This document shows positions 9,942-21,241 of a stretch of 30,379 nucleotides of DNA, one piece after another. Source of the DNA: Macrostomum lignano (Eukaryota); assembly GCA_002269645.1 (NCBI GenBank), contig NIVC01004952.1, positions 1 to 30,379 on the forward strand, in the 5' to 3' direction. Within the stretch, counting starts at the first letter, position 1. The number at the start of each line of letters is the position of its first letter. Under the pieces are notes generated by a model. That model was given only the letters and a program-made list of their open reading frames with translations. It was not told where the DNA came from and searched no databases. The translations under genes and the position numbers were made by a program.

Positions 9942-12900
9942 CTAGGCGTAGAAGCCCCAGACGAACAGGCAGACGGTGACGATAATGAAGGCGTTGATGT
10001 CGACAACTCGCTTCATCTTAGGGTCCTCGTCCAGCGATACAGCCTCCTTCTCCAAGCGCTTGAGCTCTTCGGGATCGATGTGAGCGGCGGGGTCCTCCAC
10101 TTCGTCCTCGATGCCGCAGACCCACTTGCCGGCGCGCACGTACCAGGGCGGGGGCGCTGCGGGGGTTCGGGTGGCGGCCAGTGAGGGTTCGAGAGGGCCT
10201 ACTGAAGAGTAGCAAGCGAAGAATTTAAAGCGGATCTCTTAGTGTGTGCAAAAATCTTAGTGTGTGCGCTGATAGTTTTTATCGAACTTCGAAAGTGTGC
10301 TCGGGAAAGTCCAGATGACGAAGAGTGAAGACTCAGAAACCGATCCTGGCCTGTCGCATGTAGGCGCTCAGAGATGTAGCTCGTAATTGAGCGAAATCTG
10401 ATTGAAAACTGTGACATCTTCTTGCGTGCTCTTTTAAAGAAACCAGCAAACAAGGGAACGATTTGAATTTAGCTGTAAATCAGGGATCGGCAAACTTCTG
10501 CCCGCCAAGCCTTTCTGCGCTCGTGTGCAGGCCCTCGGATTCCTTGACCCCACATTAGCCACCCGGCCGCTCAAGTTTGGTGTCCCTCTCTATTCTCTCT
10601 TCTCTCCCACGTTCTCTCCGCTCTCTCCTCTCTCCTCTCCTCTCTCCCCTCCTCTCTCCTTCCTCTCTCCTTCTTCTCTCCTCTCCTCTCTTCTCTCCTC
10701 TCTCCCCTCCTCTCTCCTTCCTCTCTCCTTCTTCTCTCCTCTCCTCTCTCCTCTCCTCTCTCCCCTCCTCTTTCCTTCCTCTCTCCTTCCTCTCTCCCCT
10801 CCTCTCCCCCCTCTCTGCCCTCCTCTCTCCTTTCCTCTCTCTCCTCTCTCCTCTACTCTCTCCTTCCTCTCTCCCCTCCTCTCTACTTCCTCTCTTCCCT
10901 CCTCTCCCCCCCTCTCTGCCCTCCTCTCTCCTTTCTTCTCTCCCTTCCTCTCTCCTTTCCTCTCTCCTTTCCTCTCTCTCCTCTCTCCTCTCCTCTCTCC
11001 TTCCTCTCTCCCCTCCTCTCTACTTCCTCTCTCCCCTCCTCTCTCCTTTCCTCCCTCCCCTCCTCTCCCCTCCTCTCTGCCCTCCTCTCTCCTTTCCTCT
11101 CTCCCTTCCTCTCTCCTTTTCACTCTCCCCTCCTCTCTCCTTTCCTCTCTCCCCTCCTCTCTCCTTTCCTTTCTACTCCCCTCTCTCCTCTCCTCTCTCC
11201 CCTATTCTCTCTTCTCTCCCATGTTCTTTTCTATCTTCTCTCTCATATTATTTCCTTTCTTCTCTTCCATCTTCCAAGTTCTTTTTTATTTTCTCTCCCA
11301 TATTCTTTTCTCTCTCCTCTCCTCTCCTCTCCTCTCCTCTCCTCTCTTTCCTTTCTTCTCTTTCTTCTCTCCTATTCCTTATCTCCTCTCCTCTCTTCTC
11401 TTTTCTATTCATCTCCTCTCCCCCTCCTCTTGCCCGCAGTCATGCGAAGATTCTCCACCTGCCCGGGAGATAAAGAGGTTGCCAGCCCCTGGTGTCAATA
11501 TTCACGCCTCTACATCCTGTAAAATTCTTCCAACACGCAATCAAAGCCATGACTGCACATTCGGGAGCACAATGACCAGGAGATTATACGGCTGCACAAA
11601 TATGAATGATGTTACGTGAGCAATCGATAGCAGGCTTCCAATTGAGTTCAAAGCAAATTTCCCGAAGAAAAGCAGAGTTGAGAAATCCGTCACGGCCATC
11701 CTCACCAGTCGCAGCAAATTCAACGTCGCCAGCCGTGCCCGGCTGCTCCTCCTTCTGTAGCGACTTCTTCGAGCCATAGAAGCCCTGATTGTCCTTGCCG
11801 TTGTTGTCGGGCGATTTGTCGATGTCGGCCTCCTCCGCCTCGCCGCGGCATGCGCACCTGACCTCATCCTCGGGCATGTCCACCCGCTCCAGCTCCGAGT
11901 AGCGGTCCCAGAAGGTCAGGCGGTGCAGCTGCAGTGAGCAGGTATCAAAGATAGTTCGAGTGATACTACAGACCTTCCTAGAGCTCAAAGTTTCTCTAAA
12001 GTTTTGTTCACGGATTCTTTTTATTAGAGGCAGGGGCTGTGTGCCCCCTGACATTGTCCCACAACCGGCGAGAGGCATTACTGCTCATTCCGCCGACTTT
12101 CCTGAGCAGGCACGCAAGCGCGCGGGTAAGTATACAGTCATACGCACAGGCACACTCTCACACTGGAGTGTACAGTACAGTGGCCCTAACTTTATTTATC
12201 GTAAGGCATGTACACTTCACCGTGCCTTGGGGTTGGCCCTCAAGGGCGTTAATTGCAAGATCAGGGCCAAGCTGAGATTCCAATTTAGCCCCAAATTAAT
12301 GCGACTGCACTTGGAATCGAGCCTGGGCCGCTGGCACACCAGAGCGCCGCACGAGTCCACTGGGCTGCAGCTCCCGTTTTGCTCACTGAGTATTGAAGGT
12401 TGCCGGCGGCAAAACCTGATTTGCAGTTTCGCTCGATCTAGTCTTTAATAGTACTTATCGACATGTACTTTATTCGGAAAATTTTCCATGATATTGAAGT
12501 GTCCTCACTGACATTGCTTCTTGCAACCTGCCATTCCCACTGGCACCTGCCTGTGCTACTCACGTGAACATCCGGGATCGGCTCGGTGAGCAGCGACACC
12601 ACAACGATGACAATCAGGCTGATGACGAACAGCAGAATGCCGAAGTGCAGATAGTGCATCTTGCCGATCACGTCAGGCAGCGTGCTCTTATAGGCCTCGT
12701 GGCAGGAGAATTTTTCATAGGAGTATTCCACGATGAAGCGGATCATGCCGACCACGAAGCCAACGATCAGGCCCCAGAATGCGCCCTGTGGTGGGGAGCA
12801 GCCCCGAACGTGCGACAATGAAACTCAAGAGCCGTCCGTTACATTGAAACTCGGAATTTGAGTGTTTCATGAGGACAAAACTATTTCCTCAAAGTTACAG

Positions 12901-15900
12901 GTCTCATTCCCCTCCCCCACCTCTTATTCCCCTCCCCACCTCTTATTCCCTTCCCCCATCTGTTATTCCCTTCCCCCACCTGTTATTCCCCCCCACCTCT
13001 TATTCCCCTCCCCCACCTCTTATTCAGTTCCCCCACCTGTTATTCCCCTCCCCCACCTATTATTCCCCTCCCCCACCTCTTAATTCCCCTCCCCCACCTC
13101 TTATTCCCCTCCTCCCCTCCACTTCTTATTCTCCTCCTCCACTTCTTATTCCCCTCCCCCACCTCTTAATTCCCCTCCCCCACCTCTTAATTCCCCTCCT
13201 CCACCTCTTATTCCCCTCCTCCAGCTCTCATTACACCCCCACGTCTTATTCCCCTCCTCCCCTCCACTTCTTATTCTCCTCTTCCACTTATTCCCCTCCC
13301 CCACCTCTTATTCTCCTCCTCTTCCCCTCATCTCCATTTCTCTTTTCCTTCTCTTCTCCGTTTAAAAACAGAGCAAGCCGCACCTTCTCGTTGCAGCGTT
13401 TCCACAGGACGGCGGCCATGTAAACTGCGCAGACCGGCGGCGACAGGTAGCTGGTCACAGCCTGGATGTAGTGGAAGAGCTCCGCGCCAGACTTCACAAT
13501 TGGTATCCAGGCGACTCCGACAGCGACCATGCCCAGGACAAAGACTCTGCAATACCAGTCATTATATGTTTGCGGCGAGATTCGATTTCGTAAGCAACCT
13601 GAAAGCTGGCACTCAAACCACTGGCACTCACCGCCCAACGATCATGAGTTCCATGTCCGGCGCGTGGCTGCGGATTCGCTTCCAGATGTCGATGGTGAAA
13701 ATGGTCGAGGCCGAGTTGAAGATCGAGGTCAGCGAGGACACCAGAGATGAGATCATGACGGCCATCATGAGGCCCCGCGGTCCGTCGCCGAGGAGTTGCA
13801 GCACGAGCGTCGGGTAGGCCAGGTCGGTGCAGCCGCTCTCCTTGTCGCACACGTCCTTGCAGATCGCAGGGTCCGAGCAGCCGACGGTGTCTGAGGAGCG
13901 TGACGCGAGAACATTAGCCAGCAGCTGGAAGGGAGCTCACACCCAGCAGCTCACAATCCAGCAGTTCACAATCCGGCAGCTCACAACCCAGCAGCTCACA
14001 ACCCAGCAGCTTACAATCCGGCAGCTCACAATCTAGCAGCTCACAATCCAGCAGCTCACAATCTAGCAGCTCACAATCCAGCAGCTCACAATCTAGCAGC
14101 TCACAACCCAGCAGCTCACAATCCAGCAGCTCACAATCTAGCAGCTCACAATCTAGCAGCTCACAATCTAGCAGCTCACAATCTAGCAGCTCACAATCTA
14201 GCAGCTCACAATCTAGCAGCTCACAATCTAGCAGCTCACAATCTAGCAGCTCACTCACCGGGAAACAGGACTCGGGAGATCATGCCGGGGAACACCAGCA
14301 GCCACATGGGTAGCAGCTTCAGGTAGCCCGCCAGCAGAGTGCCCGCCTTCGCGTAGGTGAAGTTCTTCGCCGCAAGAGCGCGCTGGACAATCACCTGTGC
14401 ATGGTGTAGGTGGGGCTGGCTGTGACGACTCTCAATATTGCCACAGCAGTCTCGCGAGCAGCGGGAGGTCACAGTTTCTTTTCACGTTGTGTGATGTGAA
14501 ATCCCCATTTTCCTCTTTATCCCTGGCGCTTTTACTAGTTGACTTATGGGATCCAGTTAAACTTTTCAAAGGCTTTAGCAACCGGTGTCCCAGCCGTACC
14601 TGGTCGCTGCACCAGTACCAGATGGCGTTCACGGCGAGTCCCATAGTGGCGCCGAGCCAGGGAAGCTGGTCATCGTCGATCGGCTTCATCAAGTTCATGG
14701 AGGTTTCTGGTATGACACCGCAGGAGGTGTTCGAAGTGAGGATGTCCTTGGCCAGGCGGATGGGAAACAAGCGGACCATTTCTTCGTATCCGCCTACCTC
14801 GATAAAGCCTGGATGAATGAAAGAGAATTAATGAATTCCCGTTCAAGTGTAACACTACTTTCATATTGCAACGGATTGGCTAAATTGTGTAAATTGACTC
14901 GGGTTCAAATTAACTGCTTCAGTATGAACATTGACTCCGACCCTCATTGGCTGGCTTGATATGCACATTGACTCCGGCCCTCATTGGCTGGCTTGATATG
15001 CACATTGACTCCGGCCCTCATTGGCTGGCTTGATATGCACATTGACTCCGGCCCTCATTGGCTGGCTTGATATGCACATTGACTCCGGCCCTCATTGGCT
15101 GGCTTGATATGCACATTGACTCCGGCCCTCATTGGCTGGCTTGATATGCACATTGACTCCGGCCCTCATTGGCTGGCTTGATATGCACATTGACTCCGGC
15201 CCTCATTGGCTGGCTTGATATGCACATTGACTCCGGCCCTCATTGGCTGGCTTAACTACGCTTAATTTGAAGCCACAGTTCTCAGTCACTCTATGTACCG
15301 GTAGCAAACAATGTTCAAAGTGTGATGAGCATAACTTGGCTTTAAGTATTTATACGGCGTTTTTGATATATTTCAGAATGCTTCTGATAGTCACATTTGC
15401 ACTTTAGCCTAATTAATAAGCTCTGACCTGAGTATTTCTAAATAGTAAGATATCTGACACTATTGAGGGATTCAGGCTATGCTTTTAACCAAAAAGCAAA
15501 TATGGTTGACTTGAATAACTTATAATGCATGCATAAGTCAATTTTTTATGATTAATGAAATCGCGCATGCCTAAGGCTGTTTGTCGCGCCTGAGCAGTTC
15601 GGTGGGTGGGCAAGAAAGCTGCATAAATCTGCATGGCAATGCGATAATGCTCAGCTCACGGTGAAACTGCCTGCAAATGCTAATTTATGGTGAATAAAGC
15701 CCGATCTCACCTGCAATCATGAGCCAGAACGCGCCAATCACCATGATGATGGTCTGGATGAAGTCGGTCCAGATCACGGCCGTAAGCCCGCCCAGAATGG
15801 TGAACAGCGCCGCAATGCCCAGCAGGATGATGACGGCCACGTACAGGTCGAACTGCAGCGACTGCTCGATGAAGACGGCGCCAGCGTACAGGTCGGCCTG

Positions 15901-18900
15901 AAGAGGCGGTGGTGGAGCAGCGACTCATCAGCCTATTGCTCTCCTCGATGGCTCTAACTAGTGACCAGTTTGGTGAGTCAGTTTGTATGGTGGCATAAAT
16001 CAGGTAAATCAAATCAATGATGCACTGAGTCTACAGCAGCCCCAATTTCTCTTCCTTAGACACGCTTACACTCCGGGCTTTGGTGGCAGGTCTTGCTTGA
16101 ATCGAGCTGCAAACCTAAGGCCCAAATAGCAGCCCCAATTTCTCTTCCTTAGACACGCTTACACTCCAGGCTTTGGTGGCAGGTCTTGCTTGAATCGAGC
16201 TGCAAACCTAAGGCCCAGCAGCCCCAATTTCTCTTCCTTAGACACGCTTACACTCCAGGCTTTGGTGGCAGGTCTTGCTTGAATCGAGCTGCAAACCTAA
16301 GGCCCAGCAGCCCCAATTTCTCTTCCTTAGACACGCTTACACTCCGGGCTTTGGTGGCAGGTCTTGCTTGAATCGAGCTGCAAACCTAAGGCCCAAATAG
16401 CAGCCCCAATTTCTCTTCCTTAGACACGCTTACACTCCAGGCTTTGGTGGCAGGTCTTGCTTGAATCGAGCTGCAAACCTAAGGCCCAGCAGCCCAATTT
16501 CTCTTTCTTAGACACGCTTACACTCCAGGCTTTGGTGGCAGGTCTTGCTTGAATCGAGCTGCAAACCTAAGGCCCAGCAGCCCCAATTTCTCTTCCTTAG
16601 ACACGCTTACACTCCGGGCTTTGGTGGCAGGTCTTGCTTGAATCGAGCTGCAAACCTAAGGCCCAGCAGCCCCAATTTCTCTTCCTTAGACACGCTTACA
16701 CTCCGGGCTTTGGTGGCAGGTCTTGCTTGAATCGAGCTGCAAACCTAAGGCCCAGCAGCCCCAATTTCTCTTCCTTAGACACGCTTACACTCCGGGCTTT
16801 GGTGGCAGGTCTTGCTTGAATCGAGCTGCAAACCTAAGGCCCAAATTATTGTGAGCAGACGCGGATTTGAACTGCGGCAAAGCTGATCAAGCCTTACAAT
16901 TCCCGTCCAACCCAGGGTTCGAACACCCCGCTCAGCAACTCTCTGAGCTACAAAATGAACTTGTCACCGTCAATGTCACCTTCTGTCTCATGTGCTGAGA
17001 TAGCATAGAGCACGCATTATCTTATCTGCCCTGCTCGAAAAGAGATTGTTTAGCACTGAGTTGATTAACCATGCAAACGAACACTGCTCGCTGAGCAATG
17101 CTTTGCAAATCAAGCTGCTTTCACTTTACAAGACAAGAGGCGGAGGACACACGCGGGCCTCCGTGCATAGCAAGCGGCATTCGTTGCTATGCATGCAAAG
17201 CATTGGCAGTTTATCAGTTATGCAGCTGTGGGTAGTTACATAAATCAGAATTAATTTCGAGTGCAGGCAACGGCCGAGAAAAGAAAGTCATGAGACTCAC
17301 TCTGTACCCGAAAGAATCTTATAAGGTTTAACAAACTGAAATTAATGGTTGCTTAGCAACCGCAGCACAGGGCCAACTGTCCGCCCCACGATAGCACAAG
17401 ATAAGCCACTCCCGCCCAATTGAATCCTTTGTACTTCTGTTGCTCACTGAGACTTTCGTGAAGATGTAGAGAATGAGGGTCAGGCAGGACAGGTAGATCC
17501 GGATCCGCTGGCCGCCGAACCGCTTTTTCAGGTACTCGGGCATCGTGAACACCTGGGGCATTGTGACGAGTAAAAATTATTTCGATTAGCTAAAACAAAC
17601 ATCGGCGATGGAAGAGGATTTTTTACGAACTGGAGGCATTGTTTGAGGGTGTTGAGAAAGCGTGGGGATTAGGAACTCTGGGAATTAGGGATAAGAAAAT
17701 GCAGGGATATTATTCGCAGCTGGGGACTTGAAAAGTTTGAGAATTTGGGGTAAATCTCTGCATTCTTCTGGCTAGGTGTCTATTCTGTGGTTTCACGTGA
17801 AGCATCGAAGAAATGAACTAAAAAATTCAAACAAGGCTGACCCCGGAGGAGATGTACACCGGGACAAAGACCCAGCCGAGCAGAACCAAGACCAGCATTG
17901 CGCTGAACTCGAAAACGGCAATGCCGATGCCTCCGGCCGCGCCCGAGCCGGCCAGCCCGATGAAGTGGCCGGAGCCGATGTTGCTGGCGAACAGGGAGGC
18001 GCCCACCTGCGGAGAAGACGCACAGGTGTGTCCATGTGAGACACAGGCGTGTCTGTGTGAGACAGGTGTGTCTGTGTGAGACAGGTGTGTCCGTGTGAGA
18101 CAGGTGTGTCCGTGTGAGACAGGTGTGTCCGTGTGAGACAGGTGTGTCCGTGTGAGACAGGTGTGTCCGTGTGAGACAGGTGTGTCCGTGTGAGACAGGC
18201 GTGTCCGTGTGAGACAGGTGTGTCTGTGTGAGACAGGTGTGTCCGTGTGAGACAGGCGTGTCTGTATGAGACAGGCGTGTCTGTGTGAGACAGGTGTGTC
18301 AGTGTGAGACAGGTGTGTCAGTGTGGGACAGGTGTGTCAGTGTGAGACACAGGTGTGTCCGTGTCAGGACACAGGTGTGTCTATGCTAGTCAATTTCTCT
18401 AGAGTAGGTAAGTTCTCAGGCTCAATCACTCATCACTTTTTTTAACGGTCGACAAACATTAGGCAGCGCCGAAGTGCCTGATGTGCCAAATGATGGGGAC
18501 GCCCTGCGCCACGCAATCTGCGCACTTTTAGCTCAATTGAGCGCTGCAGTGCTGGTGGAGCACTCGAACAGGAGGCCGCGACTACAAATTTAGACTGGCT
18601 TTGTGCTCAGCTGGTTTCGCTAATTTCACCTACAGCTTTTCTCGCTAATTTTGTCGGCTCAGTGTTGATTTTAATACTTTCTTATGCAAAAACTGGCTTT
18701 ACTTGTGCTTTGGGAGCTAAAAACCATGAAATCCTAATTCAAACTGGCCTGGTGGCCTAAACGCAGACGTACCTGCTGGTCTTGCTGCCTGTTCTCAGTC
18801 TGTCTCCTTCCGGTGTCTCCCTTTCCGACTGCCTCCCCTCTAAGACTGTCTTCCCCTCCGACTGTCTTCCTTTCCGACTGTCTCCCCCTCTCCGACTGCG

Positions 18901-19296
18901 TCTCACTCCGACTCTCACAGAGACTCTCACAGTGTCTCACAGACAGACGAGTGCAGGAGCAGCATGCAGGTGAGGTGCATTAGAGTTAGAGTCGACCCCA
19001 GGCGGCAACTCACGGGAATCCAGTGCATGGAACGGCCAGCCAAAAAGTAGCCACCGACGCTTCCACGGTTGCGGCAGGAGGACTGCGGGATGGGCGGCGG
19101 GGTGCGAGCCGCGGACTTACATGTAGATGGAACTTCGAGTGTATTTCTGCAGTACATGCATATGCAGTCACTTGGTACTGAATGTGAAGACACAGACACT
19201 GCACTCTCTTACCCATAGGCCCACTGCAATGACGGCGGAGAAGAAAAGAACCACAACAATAATGTCGATCACGCCGAGACTTCCAACGACCGTCAT
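9942..19296 (-). CDS. SLC5 sodium/glucose (SGLT1-like) cotransporter, 692 aa; exons 19213-19296, 19014-19082, 17842-18006, 17448-17552, 15711-15897, 14600-14808, 14259-14394, 13632-13890, 13384-13546, 12564-12785, 11706-11928, 9942-10198
   Basis: Twelve exons join in phase through GT-AG introns (2079 nt). SSS-family motifs: [110 protein letters not shown], and a C-terminal TM helix. The exon 11 donor is the least certain junction. Orthology within SLC5A1/2/9/10/11 cannot be assigned by eye. Confidence 0.95.
10481..11491. mobile_element. Non-autonomous hAT (Charlie-like ends) element in the last SLC5 intron, filled by a CT-rich tract
   Basis: Left end CAGGGATCGGCAAACT; right end reverse complement CAGGGGCTGGCAACCT (12/16). 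Flanks CTGTAAAT (10473-10480) and GTGTCAAT (11492-11499) match 6/8. Confidence 0.65.
10584..11430. repeat. Low-complexity polypyrimidine (CTCTCTCCT-type) tract
   Basis: Almost purely C/T on the + strand for ~850 bp. Confidence 0.95.
12906..13330. repeat. ~20-bp minisatellite (TCCCCTCCCCCACCTCTTAT) in SLC5 intron 9
   Basis: Directly visible; G-rich on the transcribed (-) strand. Confidence 0.92.
13935..14254. repeat. 15-bp minisatellite (- strand GTGAGCTGCTAGATT, ~21 copies) abutting the SLC5 intron 7 donor
   Basis: Directly visible; starts 4 nt into the intron. Confidence 0.95.
14929..15253. repeat. 37-bp minisatellite (CATTGACTCCGGCCCTCATTGGCTGGCTTGATATGCA), ~9 near-identical copies, SLC5 intron 5
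   Basis: Directly visible; period 37 (14929, 14966, ...). Confidence 0.95.
16034..16846. repeat. 89-bp (occasionally 94-bp) tandem repeat, 9 copies, SLC5 intron 4
   Basis: CAGCAGCCCCAATTTCTC...CTAAGGCC units; identical ORFs at 16545 and 16634 confirm the 89-bp period. Confidence 0.95.
18021..18382. repeat. 19-bp minisatellite (GTGTGAGACAGGTGTGTCC), ~19 copies, ending ~15 nt from the SLC5 exon 3 acceptor
   Basis: Directly visible. Confidence 0.93.
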
Positions 19297-19396
19297 TTTT
19301 GCAAGAAAAAAATCGTCTCGACTGCAGCAGTTCGCTGGGGCTTCACACGCGTGTATAAAATTGCAGCGCCAACCCGCACGGCGAAAAGCAGACTGG

Positions 19397-19410
19397 AGTT
19401 TTATAAAACT
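19397..19410 (-). promoter_or_regulatory. Candidate TATA box (TATAAAA on the - strand) inside the perfect palindrome AGTTTTATAAAACT, ~100 nt upstream of the SLC5 ATG
   Basis: Position and sequence only; no TSS data. Confidence 0.3.
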
Positions 19411-19983
19411 TTGAGCCCCGAGCAAAAAATTTTCTAACATTTTAAAATGCTTGATAATACAAAATTAAATTAATAAATTAATATTGGCTTCCAATAATAG
19501 GCTAAAAACTTTTAACCTTTTCGTTTCTTTAATTCTGTAAATTTGTTAATATCTTCACCACACCGGAGCAAAAAGTAGCGCTCTGATCAGCTAGCTCTCG
19601 CGTACTACACTGGCCCCCGCTATCTACCTGCAAATACGGTTTAGAAACCACTCGCCAGCAGGGTCTGCTGCAGTGTTCGAAACTCTTTCTAAACCGAAGT
19701 CATTTTGCAGTCATTTGCAGCTGGTGTGCTGCATCATCACACCTGCGAAAACTGATAATGCAGCCTTGGGTTGAATTGAATGTTTAGAAAATTTCTAAAT
19801 TTTTAGATTCGAGCATATTTATAAAAAGCGACCGAGAAAAAACTTCCTAAGGCTCAAATTTATCATCAATAAGTGATCGGCATCTTCTACAGGTACAGAC
19901 AGGTACGGGTCCACAGGTACATAATTCTGAAAATATTCGAAAACAATCTGCCCAGGAGCGTTGCCATGGGAACATGCCATAAA

Positions 19984-20612
19984 TGCACATGCACATGTAG
20001 AATGTGTATCGCATGTTTCACATGCACATGTAGAATGTGTATCGCATATTTCACATGCACATGTAGAATGTGTATCGCATGTTTCACATGCACATGTAGA
20101 ATGTGTATCGCATGTTTCACATGCACATGTAGAATGTGTATCGGATGTTTCACATGCACATGTAGAATGTGTATCGCGTGTTTCACATGCACATGTAGAA
20201 TGTGTATCGGATGTTTCACATGCACATGTAGAATGTGTATCGCGTGTTTCACATGCACATGTAGAATGTGTATCGGATGTTTCACATGCACATGTAGAAT
20301 GTGTATCGCATGTTTCACATGCACATGTAGAATGTGTATCGGATGTTTCACATGCACATGTAGAATGTGTATCGCGTGTTTCACATGCACATGTAGAATG
20401 TGTATCGCGTGTTTCACATGCACATGTAGAATGTGTATCGGATGTTTCACATGCACATGTAGAATGTGTATCGCGTGTTTCACATGCACATGTAGAATGT
20501 GTATCGCGTGTTTCACATGCACATGTAGAATGTGTATCGGATGTTTCACATGCACATGTAGAATGTGTATCGCATGTTTCACATGCACATGTAGAATGTG
20601 TATCGCATGTTT
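19984..20612. repeat. 33-bp minisatellite (CACATGCACATGTAGAATGTGTATCGCATGTTT), 19 copies, intergenic
   Basis: Directly visible; variation is almost confined to CGCAT/CGGAT/CGCGT. Confidence 0.96.
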
Positions 20613-21241
20613 TACAGCGAGAGCCGCACGCGCTGATGGCTGTCATGTCGGTAGGAACCCGGCAGGCAGGATGAGAGAAGCCCCCAGGAGGGCTGGGCGT
20701 ACAATTTCTTACCCCATGCCAGCCAATCAGCGCGCGGAGGCACCCACCCCTGAGGTGGGCTCCGATTCTCAATGCACTGGCTTGACTTTCCCATCATCAG
20801 GCACGTCTAGTGTACACTCCATGCCTTTGAGGTTGGCCGCAGGCAAATTTCTGAGCACAAACCCCCGCCCCAAAATAAGGAATGGAACTCGGGGAGATCC
20901 AGGCCACACGTTTAATGATGCTTAACGGCTTCTTTTCACTAAATATTATATAATCTTACCCTTATTAATATTATGTTAGGAATTTCATGAGAAACAAATC
21001 AATCATGATGCTGAATGAATTGGATCTGTGAATTCAGTATATTTGAATCGGATTAAATTTATAAACACTGTCACCTGCACTTGAGTACACAGGAACTCCT
21101 AGCTTTGGTGTCGCATAAATACAGCCAGAGTCGCTTCGCTGGGATTGCAAAGCCGATGCCTAATAAACTCAATGAAAAGTCATCACAGTCGTTCATAAAG
21201 TTACTTTCTAAACATATCGGCAACTAAGCAGCTGCCGACCG

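Noticed and set aside
7063-9942. Functional coupling or horizontal transfer of a racemase plus SLC5 pair
   Set aside because: The genes are convergent, intron-containing and typical of animal families. SGLT-type residues indicate sugar rather than amino-acid transport, so adjacency alone is not evidence.
10525-11619. 364-aa and 298-aa Leu/Ser/Pro-rich ORFs and the antisense Glu/Arg/Gly ORF
   Set aside because: C/T-only sequence cannot encode stops; it lies inside an SLC5 intron.
14929-15253. CRISPR-like appearance of the 37-bp repeat (also the 33-bp and 31-bp arrays)
   Set aside because: Units are head-to-tail with no unique spacers, no cas genes are present, and the context is eukaryotic intron.
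19873-20925. 350-aa Cys-rich (TCTCRMCIACF)n ORF and His-rich ORFs suggesting a metal-binding repeat protein
   Set aside because: A 33-bp unit lacking stops is open in four frames on both strands. The flanks are not coding-like and lack splice or host codon signatures. RNA-seq or Ribo-seq coverage would reopen this.
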